A stretch of 63,340 nt of DNA, filler included, from an uncultured bacterium (GTDB lineage Bacteria; B130-G9): NCBI GenBank assembly GCA_965372715.1. It is 5 parts of 5 records of this genome, joined end to end, with 100 filler letters (N's around TTAATTAATTAA, not from the genome) between each part and the next. Parts side by side here need not be neighbours in the genome. Positions count along the whole stretch, not along the records: positions 1 to 13,164 come from CBDVDH010000076.1; positions 13,265 to 26,077 come from CBDVDH010000077.1; 3 more parts are not named here. One strand, given 5' to 3'. Each line of letters opens with the position of its first letter. Positions within the stretch are counted from its first letter, which is position 1. The notes under the pieces are model-generated. The model made no database searches. It was not told where the DNA came from and worked only from the letters and a program-made list of their open reading frames with translations. Below are positions 11,858-21,537 of the stretch, in pieces. The translations under genes and the position numbers were made by a program.

Positions 11858-11908
11858 TCCAAAATCCAAAGTCCAAAGTCGAGGGTTCCAAGTTCCAAGT
11901 TTCAAGTT
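11858..11908. repeat. Heptamer tandem repeats (TCCAAAG/TTCCAAG); also about 10351-10382, 25985-26007, 39973-40005, 40396-40426
   Basis: Direct reading of intergenic short tandem arrays. Confidence 0.75.
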
Positions 11909-11969
11909 GAAGGACTGACGGCGCATCTCGGCAACCATTGAGCTGTTCGTTGAGGGAACTGATTAAGGA

Positions 11970-12992
11970 ATGACTGGGGTGGAGCGTGAGAACGTAGCGA
12001 TCCTCGGTGGCGGGAGCTGGGGCACGGCGCTTGCGCATCTGCTTTCCGGAAGCGGTCACAACGTCTCGTTGTGGGTGTTTGAGGCTGACCTCGCGGAAGA
12101 GATGCGGGCCACGAGGGTGAATCGGCTGTTTTTGCCGGACATAGCGCTTTCTGAGTCATTGTTCGTAACAAATGACGTGCAGGAGGCTCTTCGTGGCAAG
12201 GACGTCGTCATATCGATGGGCCCCTCGGCGTTCGCCAGGAGTGTCTGTTCCCGGGCGGCGCCCTTCGTGTCGGATGACGCTGTCGTGCTGAACGCGGCAA
12301 AGGGGCTTGAGCCGCAGACGCTCAAGCGGATGTCGGAGCTTTTGGAAGAGGGTTTCCCGAATCTTCGGCCAGAGAGTATAGCGACGCTTTCGGGGCCCAC
12401 GTTCGCCAAGGAGCTCGCGCGATGTCGGCCCACGGCAGCAGTGGTCGGTTGCAGGAACGTCAAGACGGCGAAACGGTTTCAGAAGATGCTCTCGTGTCGC
12501 TATTTCAGGCTCTACACCAACAGCGATATCGTCGGCGTGGAGTTCGGCGGGGCGCTCAAGAACATCATTGCCATCGCCTCTGGCATCGTCGATGGCCTCG
12601 GCCTCGGGCCGAACACGCAGGCCGCTCTTATAACGCGAGGGCTTTCTGAGATCACACGGCTCGGAGCCGCCAACGGCGCCAAGCTTGTGACTTTCCAGGG
12701 ACTCTCCGGCATGGGCGATCTGGTTCTGACTTGCACGAGCAGGCTCAGCCGTAACTACAGAGTTGGGCTGGAGCTGGCGCACGGGAAGCGGCTCAAAGAG
12801 ATTCTCGCGGGAATGAAGATGATCGCCGAGGGCGTCGGGACGAGCAGGTCGGCGCTCCAGCTGTCCAAAATGTGCAACGTAGAGATGCCGATCACGAGCC
12901 AGATGTCCGAGGTCCTGTTTGAGAATAAGGACCCAGACGAGGCGATCAACGACCTCATGACCCGCCCACTGAAGGCGGAGATGAGCTTGTAG
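11970..12992 (+). CDS. gpsA: NAD(P)H-dependent glycerol-3-phosphate dehydrogenase
   Basis: GGGSWGTALA, LSGPTFAKE, GALKNIIAI, GDLVLTC..SRN. Confidence 0.96.
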   Translation: MTGVERENVAILGGGSWGTALAHLLSGSGHNVSLWVFEADLAEEMRATRVNRLFLPDIALSESLFVTNDVQEALRGKDVVISMGPSAFARSVCSRAAPFVSDDAVVLNAAKGLEPQTLKRMSELLEEGFPNLRPESIATLSGPTFAKELARCRPTAAVVGCRNVKTAKRFQKMLSCRYFRLYTNSDIVGVEFGGALKNIIAIASGIVDGLGLGPNTQAALITRGLSEITRLGAANGAKLVTFQGLSGMGDLVLTCTSRLSRNYRVGLELAHGKRLKEILAGMKMIAEGVGTSRSALQLSKMCNVEMPITSQMSEVLFENKDPDEAINDLMTRPLKAEMSL

Positions 12993-13164
12993 AGCCGACC
13001 TTTTGCCTGAGCTGGCCTTACTCCTTCTACTGCCGAATGCAGACGGCCGGCTCGGCCCCTACACAGGTTCGCCTCGCCAGGCAGGTTTTCCAGCCTGGCA
13101 TCGTCCAATGGCGATCCGGGGCAATAGGTCAACGGGTCAAAAGGTCAACTGCCAACCCCTACAT

Positions 13165-13264
13165 NNNNNNNNNNNNNNNNNNNNNNNNNNNNNNNNNNNN
13201 NNNNNNNNTTAATTAATTAANNNNNNNNNNNNNNNNNNNNNNNNNNNNNNNNNNNNNNNNNNNN
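13165..13264. other. Artificial contig linker (also 26078-26177, 38930-39029, 51303-51402)
   Basis: N runs around TTAATTAATTAA (stops in all six frames), each 100 nt. Confidence 0.99.
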
Positions 13265-13791
13265 GTCGCCACCCGGGGCAACTCCGGTTGGGGCGTTTCA
13301 CGACCCGCCCTGTTTTTTTTGGGGTGCTTGTTTTGGGGGTTTGGTCACCCGCCCCTACAGGAAACATCGCGCACCTCAAGGTATAGATCGCCGGCTGGGA
13401 CGACCTCCCTCAGCCGCCCGGCTTGTTCAACGTCCCGCACAAGGGCTATCAGCCCGCGATGACACTCCACAAGCGATTCGCAGGAACTCTGCGGGCCATC
13501 AACGTGATGCCGGGTCAAAATCTCACAGAGGTTGCCGTAACCCTCATCGTCAGCAACTAGAAGCACCACATCGCCATCCGAAAACTCGACCTGCGCCCCG
13601 ACAATCGGCTCGATCCCCACCTCCTCGGCCGCCTTGCAAAACGCGAACGCCCCATAAAGATTATTGGTGTCGGTCAACGCAAGATGCCTCATGCCGAGCT
13701 CCTTGGCGCGGGCCAAAAGGTCGCCCGCCGAGCTCCCACCCGTCAGAAGGCTGTAGTTGCTGTGACAATGAAGGTGAACGAAATCCATCAA
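13265..13791 (-). CDS. dnaE: DNA polymerase III alpha (probably error-prone DnaE2), N-terminal PHP domain only; runs off the contig and has an internal TGA within a REP-like insert
   Basis: FVHLHCHSNYSLL, ALTDTNNLYG, GYGNLC, LYLEV; the frame resumes after TGA 13345-13347 with ELPRVA(T); start overlaps the lexA stop. Confidence 0.82.
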
Positions 13792-14393
13792 TATCGCCTC
13801 ACAACGCCCCGAACGACGCCCAAAACGCTCACCCTGTCCGCTGAGACGACTATCGGCTCAAACGCCTCGTTCGCCGGCTGAAGCCGAACCTTATCGCCCT
13901 CACGATAGAACCGCTTCAGCGTGCACTCGCTGCCATCAACGAGCGCTATGACGAGCTCGCCGTTTCGCGACTCGACCCGCCTCTCGACCACGATGCAGTC
14001 CCCGTCCTCAATGTGATCGTCAACCATGGAATCCCCGCGAACACGAAGCGCAAAGCAATCACGCTCCGCCGTCAGCAGCTCGGCAAAATCGACCTCCTCC
14101 ATGTCCTCCAGCGCCTCGACCGGCAGACCCGCCGCGACCGTGCCCACGAGCGGGACCCTCGACCGAGAGAACGGATTCTGCTCCCGAACCAGCTCGATTG
14201 CCCGGCTGATATTCCAACGCCGCTTTATGAACCCCTTCCGCTCAAGCCGAACCAGATGCTTGTGCAGCGAGCCGACCGAGGTAACGCCGAGGCGCCCCGC
14301 TATCTCTCTGAGGCTCGGCGCACAGCCATGCTGCTGCGAATACGTCGTGATATATTCCAATACCTGTGCCTGACGCCGCGTCAGCTGCTCCAT
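13788..14393 (-). CDS. lexA: LexA transcriptional repressor
   Basis: LTRRQ..L wHTH, PSLREIA, VAAG cleavage site, GDSM catalytic Ser, TLKR catalytic Lys; RBS GAGGAG before ATG 14393. Confidence 0.96.
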   Translation of the reverse strand: MEQLTRRQAQVLEYITTYSQQHGCAPSLREIAGRLGVTSVGSLHKHLVRLERKGFIKRRWNISRAIELVREQNPFSRSRVPLVGTVAAGLPVEALEDMEEVDFAELLTAERDCFALRVRGDSMVDDHIEDGDCIVVERRVESRNGELVIALVDGSECTLKRFYREGDKVRLQPANEAFEPIVVSADRVSVLGVVRGVVRRY

Positions 14394-14434
14394 TTTTTGA
14401 CTCCTCACGGTTATTATTTTGCCACTCACTATAT

Positions 14435-14463
14435 ACTATAGGAGAACAAAAAGAAAAAGTCAA
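14435..14463 (-). promoter_or_regulatory. Sigma70-type promoter of lexA-dnaE
   Basis: TTGACT-17 nt-TATAGT on the minus strand. Confidence 0.75.
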
Positions 14464-14732
14464 ACGGAGAGCCTCCGCTCCCGTAGCTGTTTTTACCGGC
14501 GAATGCAACCGGTCGCCTCGCACGTGCCGAGCTCGCCTCAAATGTGGGGTGCATAGATTCTCTCAATCCCTGGCCCTGACAGGGCCAAACATGGGTAGCC
14601 CCAGGTAAGCCGAAAGGCGCAACCTGGGGATCCGGACCGACGACCTATTGTTTGTGGGTGGTGGGTGGGCGAAGGCAGTGAGGATCAAAGTACTTGCAGG
14701 ATGCGGGGAAATGATGTTCCAATAGAATCGAC

Positions 14733-17642
14733 ATGTCATCAATGAATAGCGGCAATCAACATAATCTGATATTCAGAGCGATGATTAGACTGGGGAAGAC
14801 ATTCTGGTCGTGGACCAAACGTAAGGGGTGGAAGCTGCTTCTTACGGTTTTGGCGTCATCGTATTTCGCATTCGTTATCTTCCCATACATCATATCACTA
14901 GTTGATGCAAAGCCTTGGTTCACAAACGCTGGCGAAGTTCTGGGTGCGTGGCCTGGGATTGGTTTTCCTTGCTTGATTGCACTATTCGCGGCGGTGTTCT
15001 TCCGCAAAAGATTCACTGGGCTTTGGCGAAGATACCGCAACAATCGTAAGAGGCTTCAATCGCCACCATTCGTCTATCCGGAAGTGTTGCTCATAAGCAT
15101 CGGCGCCATGTTCATTGCGCAGATTTGGTGGTTGGTGCTTGATAAGGGACATTTACTAGTTCTCCATATTGTTCTAATCGCCAGTTTTCTGGCGTTTCTA
15201 GTCTGGGCAGTGGTGGGTTGTCTATCCAAACCAAAACCTGAGAAACAGGTGAGCCGGACGGCTGATGCTCCCGAAGGTCTGTTAATTGACGATCCGATTT
15301 TGTCAATCGACGAGGACCGACTTGATAGAAAGGAGTTCGTCGAAGGACTCGCTAGCGAGATCCTCCAGGTCGATTCGGGAGGTGCCTTTACGTTTGGGCT
15401 TTATGGAGCATGGGGGGCGGGAAAGACCTCTGTGATTAACCTCCTCAAGGCCCAATTTGAGAAACAAGACGATTTCCTGGTCGTCGATTTCAATCCATGG
15501 CGTTACCATGATGAGGCGGCGATCACTAGAGCATTCTTCTTAACCACTCGGCAAGCGATAGAGCGTGATTACATACTGCCTGGTTTATCCAGAAAGCTCG
15601 GCAGGTACGTCAAAACACTTTGCCGAGGTATCTCGGTTGGCTCAGTCGGCGTTGATCTGTCTCTTGGTCTTGATGCAACGCAAGATGAGGGCGAAGGCGA
15701 GGCTTTGAAGAGCATCCTCGGGATTCTGGGCAAGACGCTTCTCATCATCATTGATGATATCGATCGGCTCACGAAAGAGGAGATACTTGCGATATTCAAG
15801 ATGGTTAGGGTTAACGCCAACGTGCCGAAGTGCAGATTCCTTCTCGCATTCGATGAAAATGTTGTGGCTAAAACTCTATATGGAGATCGGGGCCGTGGCC
15901 GGGATTTCATAGCCAAGATCGTTCAGAAACCCATCAAGTTGCCCGACATCGAGGAAGCGGAAATCGCGGGATATCTTGGCGCAACGGACGTCCTGCCAAC
16001 CTTTCTGATAGAAGAGCTCTGGCTGCACGCACAACACCATGTAAGGCGTGAGCGACAGCCTGTAACGACATTCGGATTCGTGACACAGCTCGATGAGCAC
16101 GGCCTTCCATCAACGATTGAGGATCATGGGCATGAAATCCAGCTGAGGTTCACAAGCAAAGGCGAAGTCGAACACAAGGAGCTTCAGGTTCAGGTTGGAG
16201 AGCCGATATTTGTGGCAGCATACCTGCGTCATGATGAGGCGAATCCCGCGTTTCTCGAGTTGGATGAAGACAGTAAGGTCAACACGAAACGCGCTGCGCC
16301 TCCTTTGAAGAGGTTGCTATTCACGTTGCTGGAGGAGAACGAGATCGGTACCGGGGGGCTCGCAGACTTGAGCGCATTAAGCGGGCTTTTTCAGGTCTGG
16401 ATGGTCATGCGAATTAAGACACTCAGAGATGCCAAGCGATACTACAACAGTCTGAGGTCGTCGCTTCCTCCCGTAGCTGGCGAGGTAAACATCTTTGACT
16501 TTTGTGTTCTGGAGGTCGTGAAGGTTTTCGCGCCTTGGCTTTACGACGACATATACCACAATAAGCAGTTTTATGTGGCTAGTGAAGCATTTGATCGGAA
16601 TAGAGACATGTATGGCAACGAAGCTGTAAAGGCGGAGGATTTTGACAGCAGGCTTGAAGAGCGTGTCAAATCTCTTGCCAGGGAGAACGAGGCAGCAGAG
16701 CTTGAGCAATTATGGCCTCAACTTATCCATCATCTTCTGCCCAAGTACGAGCGACAGGTATTCGCGGGCACGATTCCTCTTCCTGAGTTAGGTCCTACCC
16801 CGAGACAAGCCAAAAGGTTATTCAGCGAGGCGTTCCCTAAGTATTTCTTAGGGGGCATTCCGTCCGGTCAGATCGGCGACCAGAAGTTCCGCGAGGCTAT
16901 TCGGACATGGCACCGGTCAGGGCCTACCTACGAAGAGCTCAAGACCAAACTCATAGAATGGCAGAAGGCCGATCTTCTTCGCTATTTCTTTAGAATAATC
17001 GTTGAAAATAAAGTATTATATACAATCAGGGATACTGTTTGCCAAAGAATCGTCCAATTCATCCTAGAGACTTCTGACACGCTGCGTGGGGCTCCCCACC
17101 GATTCGGGGCAACCGATAGGGCTAGAGAGTTCGGCGCCGGCCTCCAGCTTGTCCTCCGACTTGCCGGGCACTTGGCTCCGACCCAACAAGAACGTCTGGA
17201 ACTGTTGTCACCCTTCATTAAGAACGGCAAGAGCCTTCGCTTCGCTATCGAAACGATCGCCGAGCTGGATGACCGGGCCAAGGATATAGAGCCCGATGCA
17301 GCGCCCATATTGGCTAAATTGAAATCGATGTTGCGAGAGCGTATTGAGGAGAAGACATCCGAGATTGAAGAGTTTATCGGTTATTTCCGTAGCCCAACAG
17401 ACCCCAAAGAATGGCAAGTACGGGAACTTGAGATATATTGGGGCAATCTAGATGATCTTGACATTCATGCGGATGCTGAGCTTGGAACGAACTATAATCT
17501 TTCGGAAGAACAGCGAAGCATGCTCGAGTCATTTCAGGAGTTCGTGGAACGTCAAGGGGGAGATCAAAAAGACAACAGAGTGGAATCAAATGCTGAGGAA
17601 CCCAATGATGAGAAGTCCTCAAGCGCCGACAATGATGTGTAG
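14733..17642 (+). CDS. KAP-family P-loop NTPase with about four N-terminal TM helices
   Basis: D.LDR..F, GLYGAWGAGKTS Walker A, FNPW, IIIDDIDRL Walker B, FIAKIVQ, RDAKRYYN. Confidence 0.9.
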   Translation: MSSMNSGNQHNLIFRAMIRLGKTFWSWTKRKGWKLLLTVLASSYFAFVIFPYIISLVDAKPWFTNAGEVLGAWPGIGFPCLIALFAAVFFRKRFTGLWRRYRNNRKRLQSPPFVYPEVLLISIGAMFIAQIWWLVLDKGHLLVLHIVLIASFLAFLVWAVVGCLSKPKPEKQVSRTADAPEGLLIDDPILSIDEDRLDRKEFVEGLASEILQVDSGGAFTFGLYGAWGAGKTSVINLLKAQFEKQDDFLVVDFNPWRYHDEAAITRAFFLTTRQAIERDYILPGLSRKLGRYVKTLCRGISVGSVGVDLSLGLDATQDEGEGEALKSILGILGKTLLIIIDDIDRLTKEEILAIFKMVRVNANVPKCRFLLAFDENVVAKTLYGDRGRGRDFIAKIVQKPIKLPDIEEAEIAGYLGATDVLPTFLIEELWLHAQHHVRRERQPVTTFGFVTQLDEHGLPSTIEDHGHEIQLRFTSKGEVEHKELQVQVGEPIFVAAYLRHDEANPAFLELDEDSKVNTKRAAPPLKRLLFTLLEENEIGTGGLADLSALSGLFQVWMVMRIKTLRDAKRYYNSLRSSLPPVAGEVNIFDFCVLEVVKVFAPWLYDDIYHNKQFYVASEAFDRNRDMYGNEAVKAEDFDSRLEERVKSLARENEAAELEQLWPQLIHHLLPKYERQVFAGTIPLPELGPTPRQAKRLFSEAFPKYFLGGIPSGQIGDQKFREAIRTWHRSGPTYEELKTKLIEWQKADLLRYFFRIIVENKVLYTIRDTVCQRIVQFILETSDTLRGAPHRFGATDRAREFGAGLQLVLRLAGHLAPTQQERLELLSPFIKNGKSLRFAIETIAELDDRAKDIEPDAAPILAKLKSMLRERIEEKTSEIEEFIGYFRSPTDPKEWQVRELEIYWGNLDDLDIHADAELGTNYNLSEEQRSMLESFQEFVERQGGDQKDNRVESNAEEPNDEKSSSADNDV

Positions 17643-17751
17643 TATTCCATGAAGTGCGCTGTACGTTGTGCTGTCGTTAAGGCTCCGTCAATCTTGCCTA
17701 TCGTTGACGTGATACCGGTTAGTTGGGACAAGTAAGGACGGAGACAGCAAC

Positions 17752-18327
17752 ATGAATCACAAACGCATCTCAAACGGTTTCTTCGTCTGGGCCTACGCGC
17801 TGAGCATTGGGCTTTCTCTAGTAACTCCGCACCTGATTCATGGCAGCCAGAATTGGCCGAAATGTGCGCCCCGTCTGTTGGCCCACGTCTCGGCAATCGC
17901 TGGGCTATTCGGGCTGGCGGTCTTTGTGGTCTTCATTTACAAGGTCTGGAAGCCGATTCAGGACGGCCATGCCCGGACATCCGCCGGGAAGGCTGCCGGA
18001 TTCCTATTGATACCGTTCTTCAACATATACTGGCTGTTTCAGACGATATGGGGATTCGCCAAAGACTACAACCGATTTCTGGACCGCAACGAGTTCAGCA
18101 CCTCGAAGCTGCCCGAAAAACTCTATCTCGCGTTCTCGATCCTCATCTCGGCGAGGTGGCTATACAGAACGATCGCGACCTTGAAGCCAATAACCGGCGG
18201 CGGGTATCTGTTGGGGCTTTATTATTCATACCTCCTTACAATCCCGACGTTCATTCTCGCAATAATCGTCATCTACAAGAGCTGCGATGCGGTGAATGCC
18301 CTGCCGGAACCAACCGCAGAGCGCTGA
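17752..18327 (+). CDS. Membrane protein (DUF4328/DUF4234-like)
   Basis: Several TM segments; SAGKAAGFLLIPFFNIYW motif. Confidence 0.65.
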   Translation: MNHKRISNGFFVWAYALSIGLSLVTPHLIHGSQNWPKCAPRLLAHVSAIAGLFGLAVFVVFIYKVWKPIQDGHARTSAGKAAGFLLIPFFNIYWLFQTIWGFAKDYNRFLDRNEFSTSKLPEKLYLAFSILISARWLYRTIATLKPITGGGYLLGLYYSYLLTIPTFILAIIVIYKSCDAVNALPEPTAER

Positions 18328-18482
18328 GGCGCGGGTGAAGGAGAAGGAACCACGAATGGACACGTTCAGCCGCCGTAGCCATGGCTACTATGGCGAAGGA
18401 GGCAATGCTCACGAATAAGGGCTGATTAAGGGTCCTGCTCTCCCATTCGTGCGTATTCGTGTTAATTCGTGGCTATCTGGGG

Positions 18483-21035
18483 CTATGCCTCGACGTCGGC
18501 ACGGCCGCAGCACTTTTTATACTTTTTGCCGCTGCCGCAAGGGCAGGGATCGTTGCGGCCTATCTTGCGCCGGGGTTTGCGCATTGCTGCCCGTTCGCTT
18601 GAGGCGCGTTGCCCCGTGGGTTGGGTGACCGTTGGGCGCCGGGCTGGACGAGGCGCGAGTCTTGAGGCTGGTGGTCTGGGGGCCTCCCCAGGCGCCATCT
18701 TCAGCGTCATTACGTAGAAGACCGAGCTGCGTGCGAGGTCCGACATCAGCTCCCGGAACAGGTTGAAGCTCTCGCGCTTGTATTCGATCAAGGGATCGAT
18801 CTGCGCGTAGCCTCGAAGCCCGATCCCTTCCCGGATGTGATCGATCCCCAGCAAGTGGTTCTTGAAGTCACGGTCGATGACGCGGAGCATTATGACGCGG
18901 CAGATAAACTCCAGCTGCTCTGCGCCGATCATCTTCTCTTTCTGCTCGAAGCCCTTTCTTATGGATGAAACCAGGATGTCTCTAAACTCCTCATAATCGT
19001 ATCTCGTCGGGTCGATCTCACCTGTCAACGCTATCCCAAGCGAGCCGCGCATCGCGCCGACGAGCGCCTCGACATCCCATTCTTCTGGGTCTTTCTTCTT
19101 GTCCGCATACTGAGCGAGAATGTCATCGACAGCCTGCTCGGCGAAGTCCATGAACTCCTCCTTCGCCTCGCCCGAAAGGATGCGCTTCCGTAGGTCATAG
19201 ACCACCTCGCGATGCTTGTTCATGACGTCGTCGTATTCCAAGAGATGCTTTCGTATCTCGAAGTTCTGCGCCTCGACCCGCTTCTGAGCCGTCTGAATCG
19301 CCTTGGTCAGCAGCGGATGCTCCAGCCGTTCCCCCGGTTCAACTTTCATGCGCATTAGAAGAGACTTGATTCGGTCTGCGCCAAAAATCCTCAGGAGGTC
19401 ATCCTCGAGCGACATGAAGAACTTGGACGAGCCCGGATCGCCCTGCCGGCCCGAGCGGCCCCGGAGCTGGTTATCGATGCGCCGGGCCTCGTGTCGCTCG
19501 GTGCCCAGAACGTGAAGCCCGCCGCGGCCTGCAACGCCATCTCCAAGGACAATGTCCGTGCCCCGGCCCGCCATGTTCGTCGCTATCGTAACGGCGGCCA
19601 TCTGGCCAGCGTCCGCAATGATCTCCGCCTCCTTCTCGTGATGCTTTGCGTTCAGCACCGAGTGCTTGATGCCCTTCTTCTTGAGCATCCGGCTCAGCCG
19701 CTCCGAGTTCTCAACGGAGGTTGTCCCGACGAGCACCGGCCGGCCCTTCTCATTAAGCTCCTGTATCGACTCGATAACCGCCTCGAATTTCTCGTTCTCG
19801 GTGAGGTATATGGCGTCGGGCTGATTGTCCCTTATCAGCGGGACATTCGTCGGGATGACAACGACCTCGAGCTTGTATATCTTGTGGAACTCCTCGGCCT
19901 CGGTATCGGCGGTGCCCGTCATCCCGGCGAGCTTGTCATACATCCTGAAGTAATTCTGGATCGTGATGCTCGCCAGCGTCTGGTTCTCGCTCTCGACCCG
20001 AACGCCCTCCTTCGCCTCGAGCGCCTGGTGCAGGCCGTCCGAGTAGCGCCGCCCGGGCATCAGCCGACCCGTGAACTCATCAACAATGAGGACCTTGCCG
20101 TCCTTCACCATATAATCCACGTCGCGCTTGAACAGAAAACGCGCCTTGAGCGCCTGGTTGATGTGGGAGAGGAAATCCATCTTCTCGGGATCGTAGAGAT
20201 TATCGACGCCGAGCTGCGTCTCGACCGACTGCGTGCCCGTCTCCGTCAGCATAATCGTCCGAGCCTTCTCATCGATTTCGAAGTCGCGGTCCCTGTGCAA
20301 CCGGCGAACGACGCGGTCCGCGTCGTAGTATCCCGTCGTCGCCCTCTCCGACGGCCCAGAGATAATCAATGGCGTCCGCGCCTCGTCTATCAGAATGCTG
20401 TCAACCTCATCGACGATGGCGAAGTTGTGGTCCCGCTGGACGAAATCCCTTACGTCGTGCCGCATGTTGTCGCGCAGATAGTCGAATCCGAACTCGCTGT
20501 TCGTCCCGTAAGTGATGTCGCAGCGGTAGGCATCGTAGCGGTCCTGATACTCCATGTCGTGCTGAAGCGAGGCAACTGAAAGGCCCAGCATCTCGTATAT
20601 CGGCCCCTTCCAGGCCGCGTCCCTTCTGGCGAGATAGTCATTAACCGTAACGATATGGACGCCCTTGCCGGAGAGCGCATTCAGATACGCCGCAAGCGTC
20701 GCGACCAGCGTCTTGCCCTCGCCGGTTGCCATCTCCGCTATCTTTCCCTGATGAAGAATCATCCCACCGATCAGCTGCACGTCGAAGGGACGGTGAGCGA
20801 TCGTCCGGTTTCCCGCCTCTCGGACGACAGCAAACGCCTCGGGCAGAACGTCGTCCAGAGAGGCCCCCTCCAACAGCCGACGGCGGAACAGGTCCGTCTT
20901 TGCCATCAGTTCATCGTCTGAGAGCTTCGAGACCTCCTCCTCAAACGAGTTGATCTCATCAACAACGACAGACAGCCGTTTCAGGACCCGCTCGTTCCGT
21001 GTCCCGATGATCTTGCTCAGGATAGCGTTAAGCAT
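18483..21035 (-). CDS. secA: Preprotein translocase subunit SecA
   Basis: EMATGEGKT, VTVNDYLA, DEVDSILIDEARTPLIIS, QLRGRSGRQGDPG, C-terminal CPCGSGKKYKKCC. Confidence 0.99.
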   Translation of the reverse strand: MLNAILSKIIGTRNERVLKRLSVVVDEINSFEEEVSKLSDDELMAKTDLFRRRLLEGASLDDVLPEAFAVVREAGNRTIAHRPFDVQLIGGMILHQGKIAEMATGEGKTLVATLAAYLNALSGKGVHIVTVNDYLARRDAAWKGPIYEMLGLSVASLQHDMEYQDRYDAYRCDITYGTNSEFGFDYLRDNMRHDVRDFVQRDHNFAIVDEVDSILIDEARTPLIISGPSERATTGYYDADRVVRRLHRDRDFEIDEKARTIMLTETGTQSVETQLGVDNLYDPEKMDFLSHINQALKARFLFKRDVDYMVKDGKVLIVDEFTGRLMPGRRYSDGLHQALEAKEGVRVESENQTLASITIQNYFRMYDKLAGMTGTADTEAEEFHKIYKLEVVVIPTNVPLIRDNQPDAIYLTENEKFEAVIESIQELNEKGRPVLVGTTSVENSERLSRMLKKKGIKHSVLNAKHHEKEAEIIADAGQMAAVTIATNMAGRGTDIVLGDGVAGRGGLHVLGTERHEARRIDNQLRGRSGRQGDPGSSKFFMSLEDDLLRIFGADRIKSLLMRMKVEPGERLEHPLLTKAIQTAQKRVEAQNFEIRKHLLEYDDVMNKHREVVYDLRKRILSGEAKEEFMDFAEQAVDDILAQYADKKKDPEEWDVEALVGAMRGSLGIALTGEIDPTRYDYEEFRDILVSSIRKGFEQKEKMIGAEQLEFICRVIMLRVIDRDFKNHLLGIDHIREGIGLRGYAQIDPLIEYKRESFNLFRELMSDLARSSVFYVMTLKMAPGEAPRPPASRLAPRPARRPTVTQPTGQRASSERAAMRKPRRKIGRNDPCPCGSGKKYKKCCGRADVEA

Positions 21036-21229
21036 ACGCAGACTACCTTACTGATCCCGTTTGAAATGAACACTACGTGCCCAACTATACTATGGTTGCT
21101 CAAGAGGCCAATAGGGATAATTGATGAACGGCTGCTATGGGGTGACCCAGCCGTGTGGGACAGCCTCTTCCAGCCTGCCGGTAGCGACGTCATCTCGGGG
21201 CTCCAGACGCATCTTCCCGTGAATCGCCC

Positions 21230-21258
21230 TTGAAACCATTCTGCCTACATCCTATTCT
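21230..21258 (+). promoter_or_regulatory. Putative promoter of the hicBA-like pair
   Basis: TTGAAA-17 nt-TATTCT. Confidence 0.55.
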
Positions 21259-21327
21259 CTTATCTTCGTGAGTCACGTAACATTCGGATCGATACCATTT
21301 TTGCTCTAGGTGGAGAACATTCTGAAG

Positions 21328-21537
21328 ATGGCAGGTGAGATCATTTTCATGGTTGAAGAGTCACCGGAGGGCGGATATGAGGCGTGGGCTCCGGGGCACT
21401 CAATCTTCACTGAGGCGGACAGCCTCGATGAAGTGAAAGAGGCGATCGCGGAGGCGGTTCGGTGTCATTTCGATGAAGACGAAATGCCGAGCATCATCCG
21501 TCTGCATGTGGTTCGAGAGGAGGTCCTCGTTCCGTGA
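21328..21537 (+). CDS. Short HicB-like antitoxin
   Basis: EIIFMVEESPEGGYEA...IFTEADSLDEVKEAIAEAVRCHF; stop overlaps the start of the next gene. Confidence 0.8.
   Translation: MAGEIIFMVEESPEGGYEAWAPGHSIFTEADSLDEVKEAIAEAVRCHFDEDEMPSIIRLHVVREEVLVP

Noticed and set aside
13165-13264. TTAATTAATTAA palindrome repeated four times within N runs
   Set aside because: Artificial contig linker; no biological adjacency across it
19491-20579. Long antisense ORFs (362 aa here; 399 aa at 36675-37874; others)
   Set aside because: Shadow frames of well-supported GC-rich genes
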